A stretch of DNA of 64,000 nt from Rhizophagus irregularis. Taxonomy: Eukaryota. Under the pieces are notes generated by a model. That model saw only the letters and a program-made list of their open reading frames with translations. It had not been told where the DNA came from and did no database searches. Position numbers and translations under genes: made by a program. Location: assembly GCF_026210795.1 (NCBI RefSeq), contig NC_089431.1, forward strand, positions 496,001-560,000. The letters are read 5' to 3'. Positions within the stretch are counted from its first letter, which is position 1. Each line of letters begins with the position of its first letter. Shown here one piece after another: positions 1 through 14,524 of the stretch.

Positions 1-3000
1 TGTAAATTCCCACATTATCATTGAAAAGCTATAAATATCACTTGCTGGAATATAGGGTTTTTTTCTTAATATTTCAGGAGCCATGTAGGGTAAAACTCCA
101 TAAATTTCATTAACTTTATTATCAGAATCTTGTAAATCACTTATAGGTTTGCATAATCCTAAATCAATAATAAATATCTCTTTGTAATTATCTGACATTA
201 AAATATTGCCATCATGAAAATCACCATGAGTTAAATTTGATTCATGAATTACTTTAAGTCCTAATATAATTTTTTTCAACAATTGTAACTTATCTTGCCA
301 TTTGAATTTAATTATATCAGATAAACATTTTCTCAAACTTCCTTTTTTTGCATAACTCATTACTATTATATAATTTAAATTACTTGGATCTTGAGTAATA
401 CCAAAGAACTGAATAAATTTTGAAAATGATTTTTTCTGACAACTATAATAATATTTCCACTACATAAATGATAAAAAAATTATTAAATTTTTGCAAAAGT
501 AAATAAAATTTGCCATAAAATACAAATACTATACCTCATCCAGAAACTTATTATTTAAACTTGATGAATTATTAAGTGTTTTAAGAACAACCTCATAACA
601 TATTTGTCTATTCCATTGTTGTTTATCAAAATTCCAACCATAAATAGGTCCATCTGTCCAGTTAGCTTTATGGATTTCACTAAATCCTCCTTTATCATAA
701 TAATTAATACTTGACAATTTATTATAAGGTATCCACTCTAATATTTCATAACTATTTTTAGCATTTAGTTGTGTTTCTTGAATAAATTTATCAATAAATT
801 CATTTTTACTAGTCCACTTTAAAAAATCTTGTTGAAATCGTTTAGTATTACATTGTTGGCACCACTGGTAATCAGTATATGTCTGCCTGCATTCATTACA
901 TAATTCAACTTCATTCTTAGGATTCACTTTGTCACTTTCTACTCCTTTTTGATACCAATAAAAAGCCTTTTCTAAATTTTCTTCTGTTCCTTCTGCGTTT
1001 TTATAACATTTGGCTAAATTAAACATTGCTTCTTTAACATTATTTTCCGCTGCTTTTTGATACCAATGAAAGGCTTTTTCTAAATTCTCTTCTGTTCCTT
1101 CTCCATTTTCATAACATTTGGCTAAACTATTCATTGCTTTTTCATAATCATTTTCTGCTGCTTTTTGATACCAATAAAAGGCTTTTTCTAAATTCTTTTC
1201 TGTTCCTTCTCCATTTTTATAACATATGGCTAAATCAAACATTGCATCAGTATAACCATTTTCTGCTGCTTTTTGATACCAATGAAAGGCTTTTTCTAAA
1301 TTCTTTTCTGTTCCTTCTCCATTTCTATAACTATTGGCTAAATTAAACATTGCATTATGATCTTTTTCTGCTGCTTTTTGATACCAATAAAAGGCTTTTT
1401 CTAAATTCTTTTCTGTTCCTTCTTCATTTTCATAATATATGGCTAAATTATACATTGCAATAAAATGATCTTTTTCTGCTGCTTTTTGATACCAATGAAA
1501 GGCTTTTTTTAAATTCTTTTCTGTTCCTTCTCCAATTTCATAATGTGCAGCTAAAGTATTCATTGCATCAGTATGACCATTTTCTGCTGCTTTTTGATAC
1601 CAATGAAAGGCTTTTTTTAAATTCTTTTCTGTTCCTTCTCCTTTATAATAGTGATAGGCTAAACTATTCATTGCATTGGTATAACCATTTTCTGCTGCTT
1701 TTTGATACCAATGAAAGGCTTTTTCTAAATTCTCTTCTGTTCCTTCTCCCTTTTTATAACATATAGCTAAACTATTCATTGCTTCTTTAACACCATTTTC
1801 TGCTGCTTTTTGATACCAATAAAAGGCTTTTTCTAAATTCTTTTCTGTTCCTTCTTCATTTTCATAATATATGGCTAAATTATACATTGCAATAAAATGA
1901 TCTTTTTCTGCTGCTTTTTGATACCAATAAAAGGCTTTTTTTAAATTCTTTTCTGTTCCTTCTCCAATTTCATAATGTGCAGCTAAAGTATTCATTGCAT
2001 CAGTATGACCATTTTCTGCTGCTTTTTGATACCAATGAAAGGCTTTTTCTAAATTCTCTTCTGTTCCTTCTCCCTTTTTATAACATATAGCTAAACTATT
2101 CATTGCTTCTTTAACACCATTTTCTGCTGCTTTTTGATACCAATAAAAGGCTTTTCCTAAATTCTTTTCTGTTCCTTCTCCTTTATAATAGTGATAGGCT
2201 AAACTACTCATTGCATTAGTATAATCATTTTCTACTGCTTTTTGACACCAATGAAAGGTTTTTTCTAAATTCTTTTCTGTTCCATCTCCTTTATAATAGC
2301 ATCTAGCTAAATTATACATTGCATCAGTATAACCATTTTCTGCTGCTTTTTGATACCAATAAAAGGCTTTTTCTAAATTCTTTTCTGTTCCTTCTTCACA
2401 TTCATAACATTCGGCTAAATTAAACATTGCTTCTTTAACATCATTTTCTGCTGCTTTTTTATACCAATAAAAGGCTTTTTCTAAATTCACTTCTGTTCCT
2501 TCTTCACATTCATAACATTTGGCTAAATTAAACATTGCTTCTTTAACATCATTTTCTGCTGCTTTTTGATACCAATAAAAGGCTTTTTCTAAATTCTCTT
2601 CTGTTCCTTCTCCATATTTATAACATTTGGCTAAATTAAACATTGCTTCTTTAACATCATTTTCTGCTGCTTTTTGATACCAATAAAAGGCTTTTTCCAA
2701 ATTTTCATCTGTTCCTTCTCCATTTTCATAACATTTGGCTAAACTATTCATTGCTTCTTTAACATCATTTTCTGCTGCTTTTTGATACCAATAAAAGGCT
2801 TTTTCTAAATTCTCTTCTGTTTCTTCTCCAATTTCATAATGTATAGCTAAACTATCCATTGCATCAGTATAACCATTTTCTGTTGCTTTTTGATACCAAT
2901 GAAAGGCTTTTTCTAAATTCTTTTCTGTTCCTTCTCCTTTATAATAGTGATAGGCTAAACTATTCATTGCATTAGTATAACCATTTTCTACTGCTTTTTG

Positions 3001-4176
3001 ACACCAATGAAAGGCTTTTTCTAAATTCTTTTCTGTTCCTTCTCCTTTATAATAGTGTCTGGCTAAATTATACATTGCATTAGTATAACCATTTTCTGCT
3101 GCTTTTTGATACCAATAAAAGGCTTTTTCTAAATTTTCTTCTGTTCCTTCTCCATTTTCATAACATTTGGCTAAATCTAACATTGCATCAGTATAACGTT
3201 TTTCTGCTGCTTTTTGATACAAATGAAAGGCTTTTTCTAAATTCTTTTCTGTTCCTTCTCCATTTTCATAACATACAGCTAAATTATACATTGTTTCTTC
3301 ATCACCATTTTCTGCTGCTTTTTGATACCAATGAAAGGCTTTTTCTAAATTCTCTTCTGTTCCTTCTCCATTTTCATAACATTTGGCTAAACTATTCATT
3401 GCTTCTTTAACATCATTTACTGCTGCTTTTTGATACCAATGAAAGGCTTTTTCTAAATTCTTTTCTGTTCCTTCTCCATATTCATAACATATGGCTAAAT
3501 TATACATTGCATTGGTATAACTATTTTCTGCTGCTTTTTGATACCAATGAAAGGCTTTTTTAAAATTCTTTTCTGTTCCTTCTCCATATTCATAACCATT
3601 TTCTGTTACTTTTTGATACCAATGAAAAGCTTTTTCTAAATTCTTTTCTGTTCCTTCTTTATTTTTATAATATGTAGCTAAATTATACATTGCAATAATA
3701 TGGCCTTTTTCTGCTGCTTTTTGATACCAATAAAAGGCTTTTTCTAAATTCTTTTCTATTCCTTCTTTATTTTTATAATATGTGGCTAAATTATACATTG
3801 CAATAATATGACCTTTTTCTGCTGCTTTTTGATACAAATGAAAGGCTTTTTCTAAATTCTTTTCTGTTCCTTCTCCATTTTCATAACATATGGCTAAATC
3901 AAACATTGCATCAGTATAACCATTTTCTGCTGCTTTTTGATACCAATAAAATGCTTTCTCTGAATTCTTTTCTGTTCCTTCCCCATTTCCATAACAGTTG
4001 GCTAAATTATACATTGCTTCTTTATTACCATTTTCTGCTAAGTTTTCTAAATAATTAATACATTCTTTACACCCCAATTTTTCAGTAAAAGGTATATTGC
4101 AATATGAATAATTTTTGGTTTTTATTATATCAGTTTCATTATTTGAAATATTTAGTTTACTAAATTCAGTTTCCAT
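1..4176 (-). CDS. Sel1-repeat + TKL protein kinase (3' end outside window)
   Basis: Exon 1 (4176-535) encodes 29 Sel1 repeats, a CxxC..WCxxC module and the kinase N-lobe (GGFSEI, VVLK). A GT-AG intron (534-460) follows. Exon 2 (459-1) is in frame: WKYYY..FFGITQDP..HGDFHDGN..IDLG..YMAPE..DIYSF. Confidence 0.95.
950..4040 (-). repeat. Tandem 108-bp (36-aa) Sel1-like repeat array, 29 units (one truncated to 25 aa, one 35 aa)
   Basis: Consensus KAAENGxxxAMxxLAxxYxxGEGTEKNLEKAFxWYQ counted in the ORF; near-identical 108-nt periodicity in the DNA. Confidence 0.95.
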
Positions 4177-5102
4177 TTGTTATTTTGATTTATTGAAAAA
4201 AATTTAATTTTTTTTAGACAAATTTTTTGACAAAAAAAATGTTTTTTCTTATTCAATTATCATGAATGAACAACCAAAAAGAAATATTTTAACCAAAAGT
4301 AGAGGTTACAATAAAAAAAATTTTTAGGGCCAATGTTATCCCTAGTTATATAAAGAGTTGCAACATGCTGTCCTGCTGTTGTGCTATCATGCTGCACAAA
4401 AATGATCATGTAAAAAATTAAGGTTTACTGTGCCAAGGCTGTACAGCCAACCAGGCCTATTATTTTTATTATATTTATTATATTTGTTATATTTAATTTA
4501 TTTATTATACTTATTATTTATTATATCTATTATATCTTTATATATGTATCTTCGGAGAAAAAATGGATTAGGTGGTCTGTTATTTTTGCAAATAGCTGTA
4601 AAATTTAAACTTAAAAATTAAACCGAACTGAGACTCCAAAAATTCGGATTGACGTAAAATTGGGACGTTTTATTAATTAATCATCATCACATGACCTACC
4701 TGTGTCTTTCATGAAAGTCCGAGCCGAACGAGCCGCTCCCATCCCTAATTTTGAGTCTATTTAATTATCATAAATATTTTCATTAAATTTACTTTGAACT
4801 ACAACCGGTGTCCAATCACCGGTCTCATGTGAATAGTAAGAACCACCACGTGATTTTTATGGCGTTTAAATTTTGGCTCGTATCTTAAAAAAAATCGAAA
4901 AAAAAAATCCTTAAAATATAGAAAATATATATATAATAAAATTATTTTACTCCTTTTATAATAAGCACGCCTAAAAGATAACTTTTGATGCTTTACACTT
5001 TAAGTGTTTATTTATTTTTTTTATTCAATTTTAATAAAGAAATAATTTTTCAAATACACAATTATAAAAAATTCAATTTAATATCATAATTTCGGGACAA
5101 CG

Positions 5103-5593
5103 ACCCTAGCATCGCCACCGAAAAGTGGTAGCTGTATTTACTTGTCGGTTATACATGCCGGTTACATATGATTTTGGATCAATCACGTTATTTAAAAATT
5201 TTTTCTTTTTTTCACTATAATTTTTTTTATAAACTCATATTTAAAAGAGTCACTTAATAAACCCAAACGATATTTATGGTTAGAAAATGTTCGTTCAAAT
5301 TTTAAGTAATTAGAGAAAACTAAAAGACATAAGATCGTCAAACTATGCCAAGAACCCGAAGGGTTTTAATAATACAATGTATTGGGAATAATTATATTAG
5401 AAGTATAAAGAACATAAATATTGTTCATCCCAGTATATTATTTAAAAATATAACTATAAAAAAAATTTCTATTTGTAAAAAATAATAAATAAAGATCAAT
5501 AACCCTAAAATTCGATAAATCGTTGATTTGATTCTAAAGTGATCATCACATGTATAACCAGCTGGCTACCATTTTTTGTGGCGATGCTGAGGT
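5103..5593. mobile_element. MITE-like element with imperfect ~28-bp TIRs
   Basis: Left agcatcgccaccgaaaagtggtagc; right gctaccattttttgtggcgatgct; AT-rich non-coding interior; no clear TSD. Confidence 0.6.
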
Positions 5594-6200
5594 TGGTAAT
5601 TCAGGACAATAGAATCATATGTGCTAATGGTATTAATTCTATATTAAGATAATTAAGATCAGTGCATCAGAAATAATATGGTGTTGACTGGCTCAGCACG
5701 CCAAACAGATTAACTATGATTTGCAGGCAGGAAGATTAAGTACGTCCAACTATGACTGAAATCCAATCAAACAAGACACTGAAAATAGGGAACTAAAAAA
5801 TAACAATACATTTTGTTTTATCCAAAATATCAATTGCTGAGCAAATGAACCAAATCACGAAGTTAATGTTGGGACCATTGTGTTATAGATAACGACTGGT
5901 GTCTCTGCAAAAACTAAAGGCCTGAGGGCTAACAACATTATTAACCATTTTAGAAATTGTTTTTTATGTAAATTTAATTAAATTAATAAAATTTTGCCGC
6001 TTTTGGAATTAATTTCAACGTTCTATGCTCAATTTTAAATTTTTTTTTAATATTATATTTAATATTAATTTCTAATAATAACTTCAAAATTATTTAATAT
6101 ATTAAAAAAAAAATGACATGAAAGAAAAATTTATAAAAACTAATTATTCACTCTATAAAAAAAGAATAATAAATTACATTAATTTTATTAATTTTTTTAA

Positions 6201-9200
6201 TTAATTCGTTTTACCCAAATATTGATCTTGTACCATATTATAATAAATTCCTTTTCTTGCTAATAATTCTTGATGAGTACCTTTTTCAGCTACTTTACCA
6301 TCTTTTATAACGAATATAATATCAGCATGTTGAATGGTTGATAATCTATGTGCTATCGCTAACGTAGTTCTACCTTTTGCAGCTTTATCCAAAGCTTCTT
6401 GTACAACTTTTTCTGATTCAGAATCTAAAGCTGAAGTCGCTTCATCTAATAATAAAATTTTTGGATCACGTATTAATGCTCTTGCAATTGCGATTCTTTG
6501 TTTTTGTCCACCTGATAATTGAGTTCCTTTACTACCAACAGGAGTATCATATCCATCTGGTAGACTAATAATAAAATCATGAATATTAGCTTCCTTACAA
6601 ACTCTTTCAATATCATCTTGCGTCGGTCTTTGATCTGATTTACAACCAAATAAAATATTTTCTTTTATAGTCATGTCATATAAAGAAGGTTCTTGATTAA
6701 CAAGTGAAATATGTTTTCTTAAATCATCAACATTTAAAGTACTTATATCAACTCCATCTATTTGGATTGTTCCACTTATCACATCATAAAACCTTTCAAT
6801 TAATCCTATTGTAGTACTTTTACCACATCCTGATGGTCCAACCAATGCAGCAAATTGACCTGGTTTAATGTTTAAATTAAGACCATTAAGTACTGGTACA
6901 TTATGACGTGTAGGATATCGAAAATAAACATTAGAAAATTTGACATATCCTTTAACATTATCAATATTTTTTCCATCTTTAGACCAAGAATCTACTTTTG
7001 GAACATTTTCAATTAATTTTATAATAGATTCTGCTGAAATTTTTGCTTTTGTTATATTTGGTGCGTAACTAAAAATACGTCCACTTGACATCGCTCCGAA
7101 AAGTACTGAAATTAAAAAAAAAAGTTTAATTTTTAAGTTGAACGACATTTGGACATTTGGTATGCAATAAAAATTATGAAATATATATTACCTGCCATAA
7201 ACACAGTATAAAATTTGTATACATCATATTCTCCATTCGTAAACTATCATAATAAAAAAAAAATATTTTTTTTTTTAACAAAAATAAAAATAATTTTTTT
7301 ATAAATTAATAATTATTATCATACATACCAAAAGAGTTCCATACCAAAATGCTAAAGCATTAGAAAGATAATTCATACTAGCTGCAAACCCATAATTTAA
7401 ACTACCAAAAATTGCATTATGATATCCTTCTTTCATTGGACCATCCAACATATCACTATATATTTTTAATAAATCTTCTTCTCTTGTTAAAGAAGCGACA
7501 GTACGGATATTAGATGTTCCTTCACACGCTATTTGTGCCGATTTTTCATAAACCTTTAGTGTACGTGCTTTGAATCCCGCCATCATCTTATATCTAAGAT
7601 AACCGGCGGTCATTAACAAAGGTACCGTTGTTAATACTACAAGTGTTAACTTCCATCCAACTATTAATGCAACTATAATTCCCACTATGATTGTAGAAAG
7701 GGTTCGTGAGATAGTACCAAGTGTAACACCAGCCAATCCACCAATATCCGTTACATTCGATGTTAATATACTGATCAAAGCGCCAACATTATTATCTTCT
7801 TTATCAAAGAAACTAATATCTTGTCGTAATATTGAAGAAAATGATATCGAACGAATCCGAAGAACGAGGTTTTCTCCGGCTATTCCGAGACATAAACCTT
7901 CAATCAAACTGCATATCATAACAACAACACCGATAACAACTAAAGAAAATTATAAAAATAATTAGTAAATATAGATCTTAATACCATAAATAAATACATT
8001 AATTTAACAACTTACGAAACATAAGTGACCAAAATTTTGCATCCTCTCGTAATTCATCTTTAGGTTTCGTAAAAGCATCTATAACTTTTGCATATATAAT
8101 AGCAAATACCGGAAAAAGCGTACCACAAATAAATGAAGCAGTCATTCCAATAAATACTAAATACAATTGCGAATGATTAATTTTACTAATTTTTCTAATT
8201 AATTCCCAAGTAGAATAACGATATTCCGTATTAGATCCTTCTTCAATATCACTATATTCATTAACAACGGGTGCGGGTCTTGACAATCTATGTGAAAGTC
8301 TATAATTTCTTTCAATTATAGAATCTTCTTCAAAGTCTTTTTCTTCGTTTTGAATTTTTTGCGCTGAAACTAATTTTGAATAAGCTCCTTCTGGATTTTG
8401 AATCAATTCATCATGATTACCAATTTCAACAATTTCACCATTATTCATTACAACAATTTTTGTAGCATTACGTATGGTAGATAACCTATGAGCTATAACT
8501 ATTGTCGTTCTGTCTTTTGAAGCTTTATCCAAAGCATCCTGTACAACACTTTCACTTTTAGTATCAAGTGCACTAGTAGCTTCATCTAATAATAAAATTT
8601 TTGGATCTTTTATGATCGCTCTTGCAATTGCAATACGTTGTTTTTGTCCTCCTGATAATAAAAATCCTCCTTCCCCTACATTTGTTTCATATTTATCTGG
8701 TAATTTCATTATAAAATCATGAGCATTTGCCATTGTACATGCTTGTACGATCATTTCATGTTTTTTATTTTCATCAATATCTTCATAAACTGATCCTATT
8801 AATCCATAGGCAACATTTTTCGCAATTGTAGTATTAAAAAGAACGGGTTCTTGTCCCACGAGACTCATTTGTCTTCGAAGCCATTTTAAATTAAGCCCTT
8901 TGATAGCGTGACCATCAAATAAAATCTCTCCTTCGATAGGATCATAAAAACGAAGAACTAGTGATACAATCGTACCTAGAGATGAAAAAATTAATTTTTT
9001 TTTTTTAGATAATTGAAACGATATTTACGAATAAAAAAATAAAAAATTAATCAAAATTAATATAAATAAATTACTTTTGCCAGAACCAGAAGAACCAACT
9101 AATGCAACAGTAGTTCCAGGTTCGATATCCAAAGATACATTTTTCAAAGTTTTTATTTCTGGACGTGAAGGATAAAAAAATGAGAGATTCTTTAATTGAA

Positions 9201-10720
9201 TTCGACCTTTAACATTATCTAATATATCACCTTCCTTTGATTCAATATTAATTGGAGGAGTTCTTTCTATTGTTTCATAAATTTTTCCTGCAGCTCCTTT
9301 AGCGCTATTAATTGCCATAATATCAGGCATAATTTGATTAACAGAAAAACATGCCGCTACTACTGAGAAGAATACACTAATAACCTGTATACATATAATG
9401 CGGATAATTATTATTTAGTTAATATTGTTTTCGCATAAAAAAAAAAAGAAATAATAATATAAACTTACTTTTCCTGAAGTTGTCTCATCATTGATAATTT
9501 GAGTTGAACCAAACCAAAAAGCCAAGCCATAAGCTGAATTCAAAATAAATTCATTAGTACCTATACCAAAACTATTTAATATACTTGATTTTACGCCGGA
9601 TAATTTAGCATCTTCTAATTTAGAATCATAAAGTTTTGAAACATTTTTTTGTTGAGAGAATGCGATAGTTGTTCTAATTGTAGATATTGATTCTTCTGCT
9701 ATAACAGAAGATTTAGAATAATAATCTAACACCTTTCTTTTATAATTAACTATTAATCTATTAAATATTCCACCATTGAGCATGACCATAGGAAATATAA
9801 CAAAGATTACTAAAGTCATTTTCCAATTTATTATAAATGCTATAGTAAAAGCCGCGAAAAATTGCACCATAAACTTTATGAAAAAAAATTTATATAGTTA
9901 GTGGCGCAGTAAAGAAGAAGGAAGAGGGTTAAAAAGATTTTTAAAAGACTTACGGAAAATCCCATTGAAACTTTTTCACTAATGCCATCTTGAATTAAAT
10001 GAGTATCATTAGTAATTCTCATAGTTACTTCACCAGCACCAAGTTTATCAAAATAAGCGATATCTTGTCTTAAGATCGCACGAAAATATTGTTCACGAAT
10101 TCTTCGAGTAATTCTATTTTTTTTAAATATATATATATATATGCATATATTTTTTATATTAGATAAAAAAAATTGAGTGATATTAATTTATTAATTTGGT
10201 GATTTTTACCTTTCTCCAGTCGCGACCCAACATGCCATATAAAAATAATTGGTAAAAAAAGCAACTATAGCAAAATAAACGAATAAAAGTGTAAAATAAT
10301 TGGCTTTATCCAAGAATTCAATTTTATCGATTTTTCTGGTTTGAAATTGACTAAAGCTATCAATTAATTGTCCGAAGAGAACTGTCATAAAAGGCTGGAT
10401 AAGAAAAAAAAACCAAATATAAAACATTATAAATTTTTTTCTAAATTTGCTTAGTTTAAATAAAAAAAACAAATACTTACGACAATGATACCGGAAATGG
10501 TGGCGCAAATCAGACCAAATATCATTAAAATCCAATCTTGCTTCGTAGCATGACTATATAATTTCCAATATGATATTTTGTTATTTTCTATATGGGTTTG
10601 TTCATTTATAACTTTTTCGTGAACTGTATCAAGTTCCTTCTCCATATTCGCATCATTCGTATAATTGTTAATTTGTACTACTGCGGTGTCTTCACCGGAT
10701 GATCCGACTTTTTTTGTCAT
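6201..10720 (-). CDS. Full-length ABCB (MDR/P-glycoprotein-like) transporter, TMD-NBD-TMD-NBD
   Basis: GT-AG exons join in frame: 10720-10481, 10394-10210, 10113-9954, 9873-9469, 9384-9075, 8975-8016, 7939-7329, 7243-7192, 7105-6201. Two NBDs with Walker A ([16 protein letters not shown]), [14 protein letters not shown] and [11 protein letters not shown]. Confidence 0.96.
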
Positions 10721-11692
10721 ATTAACGTTTTAATTTCAAAGATCAAAAAATGATAATAATAATAATAATTTCGGTAAAAGAGTGTTTTCGGTATTATAAA
10801 AAAAAAATAAAAAAACAAAACATTTTAATTAGGACGAAAAAGAATAATTTCATTCAATATTTATAATAAAAAAAATAAAAAGACGAAAACATTTTAATTA
10901 TAACGAAAAAAAATATTATATAATCTCATCGGACGAATAGTGATTTTAATTTTTAAAAATAAACAAACTATTGAAAAACGATTAAATATATATCCAAGTT
11001 TTAAATTGCGAAACATGACTATCAAACAATTAAATGACGAAAATTAAAACGAAAATCTTTAAATGAGATAATTGATCATCATAAATATAAACGATCATCA
11101 TAATAAATTAAATGAATTTCATCCGATTTGTGTCAATTATGCCATTTTAGTAATAATAAACAAGATTCATTCATTCATTTCATTAAATTATTACGGTCAA
11201 AAAAAGGAAATTAATTTAAAAAAATTTAAAATGGTTAGTTTCGACTAGGACCGATATTTTTAAAACTTAATATATTAATTCCTATTTGCCACCGCAGTAT
11301 TCCTAATGACTGAGAATATCGGTTTTTCTATCCCCATTTAATATTTTATTTAAATTAAACATTTACGTTCTAATAATAATTGGTTAATTATTTTTAATTA
11401 TAATAATAAAATATTAAAGCGTCTAAATTTAAATCGTCTAAATTTATCTATTTGTAAAAAAAGTCGATCCGTTTTTCCGTAGGCTCAAATTTCCGGAATT
11501 AATAACCTTATATCATCAACGGAATTTATCGATTTATTTGCATTTTCCGTGAATGGATCCGTGAAAGGCTCATTTTTACGAAGTTTTTATAGAAATAACG
11601 GATAAAATTTTTTATAAAGTCGTATTCATTAAAGTAAATAAGTATTTCAATTGTGAATATTTATCACTAAATTTTTACATTATTTTTTTTTT

Positions 11693-13082
11693 TCAATAAG
11701 TGTTTTTGGTGATTTTTCGTCCAAATTCAGCAAAAGTAATATTACCCACTTTCTCATTTAAAGAAGGTTGCATAAATACTGCAAAAGTATTTCTAGCTAT
11801 AACGTTAATTGGTATATCACTTTTTATATCAGAAGAAATAGCCTTAACCATATGAGGAGTCGCCCGAAGATTATCAGCAGATGCTAGTTGCATGGCTGCA
11901 CCAAGCTGAAAAGCTAAACAATCCCTTGGTATTATTACTTTAATGATTTTATCGTTTCGATTCTTAATATAAAGTCCCGCTTGATTGTCTGGACATTCAA
12001 TTTCAGGATAAGCAGGATCACGTTCATCAACAAACATTGATGATGTTAACCCTATATAATAAAAAAAATTTTAGGCAAATGTATATAGGCTTGACAGTCG
12101 ACCGAGGTCTTTTGCAAACCAATTTACCTGTAAGCGATGAGTGATCAGTATGCCATCCACACCAAGAATCATCAATATCATCAATATCATCAGTATCGTT
12201 CTTTTGATTCATTGTCTGAATAGGAAAGTAATGTAAAAGACGAGCACTGATGGTTTGTGATTCATCAATAATTCTTTCTAAGTAATTTGGTTCCGCTTTT
12301 GGTAACTTTGTTAAAACTGTTTGATTATTAATAATAATAAATACGAAAAAAAAAGAAAGAATATATATTATGTAAACATACTAACCAAATGAATCACATG
12401 CACGAGCAACCAATTTCCCAATATCTATAATAAAACATCCTAAATCCTTAAACGCTTTTTCAAATTCTGGAAGATCTTCATTTGGCCAAATATTTGGATG
12501 ACAGTACATCGGGAATTCTCTCAGTTCTTCTTCAGTAGCATCAGGATAATCATATTTTGGATTACCATAATATGAACCTTTTAACGTATCTGAATGTAAT
12601 AAAAAGATATTTAATTATAGTTTAAATAAATGAAACTTACGTGTAATTTCCAACACATACCTTTTTTACCGTTAAAGATTTCTTTGCCACAGCTCCATCC
12701 AAATTTGTAATAACTTTGTTCATCAACAGTTTTCTCTTTAATTTCTTCTGGTAAGGAAGCGAAAACTGACGCTAAACGTAACAAACGAGAACGATTTTCC
12801 ACGTAAACTTCAGGAAGATTTTTTACCAATAATATTCCAAGACAATGTGATTTTGATCCAAATGCTTCCTGAAAAAAATATAATATAATTTTTTATATAA
12901 AAATAATTATAAATATAAATTATATATTTATTTAATTTATTTTTATTTTTATTTTTATTTTTTTTTTAAAACAATTGTACCTCAATCTCATTATATAGAT
13001 CAACGTTATTAATAAGATCCGTATAATCTAATATAACAACACCTTCAGGACTTTTGGTACTTTTATTGCTTTTAGTAAACAT
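11693..13082 (-). CDS. 2-oxoglutarate/Fe(II)-dependent dioxygenase (IPNS/DIOX_N-like fold)
   Basis: Multi-exon, ATG at 13082 (MFTKSNK). Motifs GSYYGNP, NIWP, ARLLHYFP, WCGWHTDHSSLTG (HxD) and ATPHMV (distal His), then RNTFAVF. Confidence 0.88.
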
Positions 13083-13250
13083 TTTTTTCACGATTTTTTT
13101 TTGGGTGAGAAATAAAAATCTGCTCGTGTGATGTGCATGATGACTATCATTCATGATGTAATTTATTGAATAATCTGATGGTAAGCATGTACCACATGTG
13201 GAACAGTTCGGACATTCGGATTTACTTAAACCCTTTTATATGTGAAGGCC

Positions 13251-13426
13251 GGCTATACTAATGTTCGCCCCAGGTTCCCATTGGATCCGATGTGGAGTTA
13301 GCTCGGATTTTATGTAATGACGGCCGAAGGCATGGTCCGGATAATTACAAATGATTATCAAATCATAAAATTCCAGAAATCGGACCCGGTTCACCAGCCA
13401 GAATAGGGGCGGAAATTAGTATAGCC
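13251..13426. mobile_element. MITE with 9-bp TSD (MULE-like)
   Basis: TIRs ggctatactaatgttcgcccc / ggggcggaaattagtatagcc; perfect direct repeat gtgaaggcc at 13242-13250 and 13427-13435. Confidence 0.9.
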
Positions 13427-14524
13427 GTGAAGGCCATCTGATACTTTTTAATTCATTAACGTCACGGTCGAAGATAAGATTATTTGGCATTTTTTTAAAC
13501 AACAGATTGTTCCCCATTTTTCTTTGTTGTTATTCCAATTCTGAAAATTAAGATTTTAAAGTTTATATGTTTATGTTACATAAAGAAACGCATGCGTGGT
13601 ACCAAAAAAAAAAAAAGGTTTTGTATCAACCGTTTTTGTTTTAAATAATGAATAGATATTATAAATTATAAATTTTCTAAATCAAGAAATTTTAATCTCA
13701 TGATCAAAATAACAAATATGAAAAAAAAATTAGAAAAAATAAAATTTTTTCAAAGATTAATTTTTCATTTTTAATTTATATATTTAGATGTACAAGTAGA
13801 TAACATGATTGAAACAAATCAATCTTTGCTTTATATTTGTACTAAAAAGCTATTATATGTAAATCGACGATTGAATTTTTGATGCCAGGTTGCAAATAAC
13901 AATAACACGTGATATAAATAAAGTTTTATGAATGTCGTGTTACTGTGCTACTGTAATTCATGTTTCCATGTCTGAATTTAATAAAAATTCATGTTTCCCT
14001 TAACTTTCGAAAACAGTATTAAATCAATAAACGATATTAATCAATGTAAATATAATCTTTATTAATAGTTAAAAGCGAATTCCTACTCATCATCAATCGT
14101 TTCTTCACGAATCATTTTCAAATTTTATTTTTTATTTGTAGAAAATAAAATTCTAATGTACAACAAAATTCAATTACCGATATTAAATAGTCTTTTTTAT
14201 TTTTTATTATAATTGATCGCTTAATTTAGTTGTAACAGTAGCTTCGTTGTCATATTCATGTTTGTAAAAAAAAAATATTTTTCTGGAAAAAAAAGCATCG
14301 TCAATCTTTGTTAGACGAAATTATTTGTTTATAGTCGTACAAAATATTTGCTAACCTCCGAACTCCGTATATATATATTATATATATTTATTAAAATAAG
14401 TTTTTTATTTAAATATCGTAAAATTTTATAAAAGGTAAATTATTTATTTGAATAATGTAATTAATTAATTATAACTAAAATTACTATTTATATATAAAAT
14501 TAATTTAGTATCGAATTAAAAAAA

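Noticed and set aside
1134..3410. Short + strand ORFs with repeated HFLLLFDTNERLF
   Set aside because: Antisense shadows of the Sel1 repeats.
950..4040. CRISPR-like periodic array
   Set aside because: Coding 108-nt repeats in one open frame; no spacers or cas genes; eukaryotic context.
4718..4746. hAT-like terminus (ccgagccgaacgagccgctcccatcccta)
   Set aside because: No partner TIR or TSD could be found by eye.
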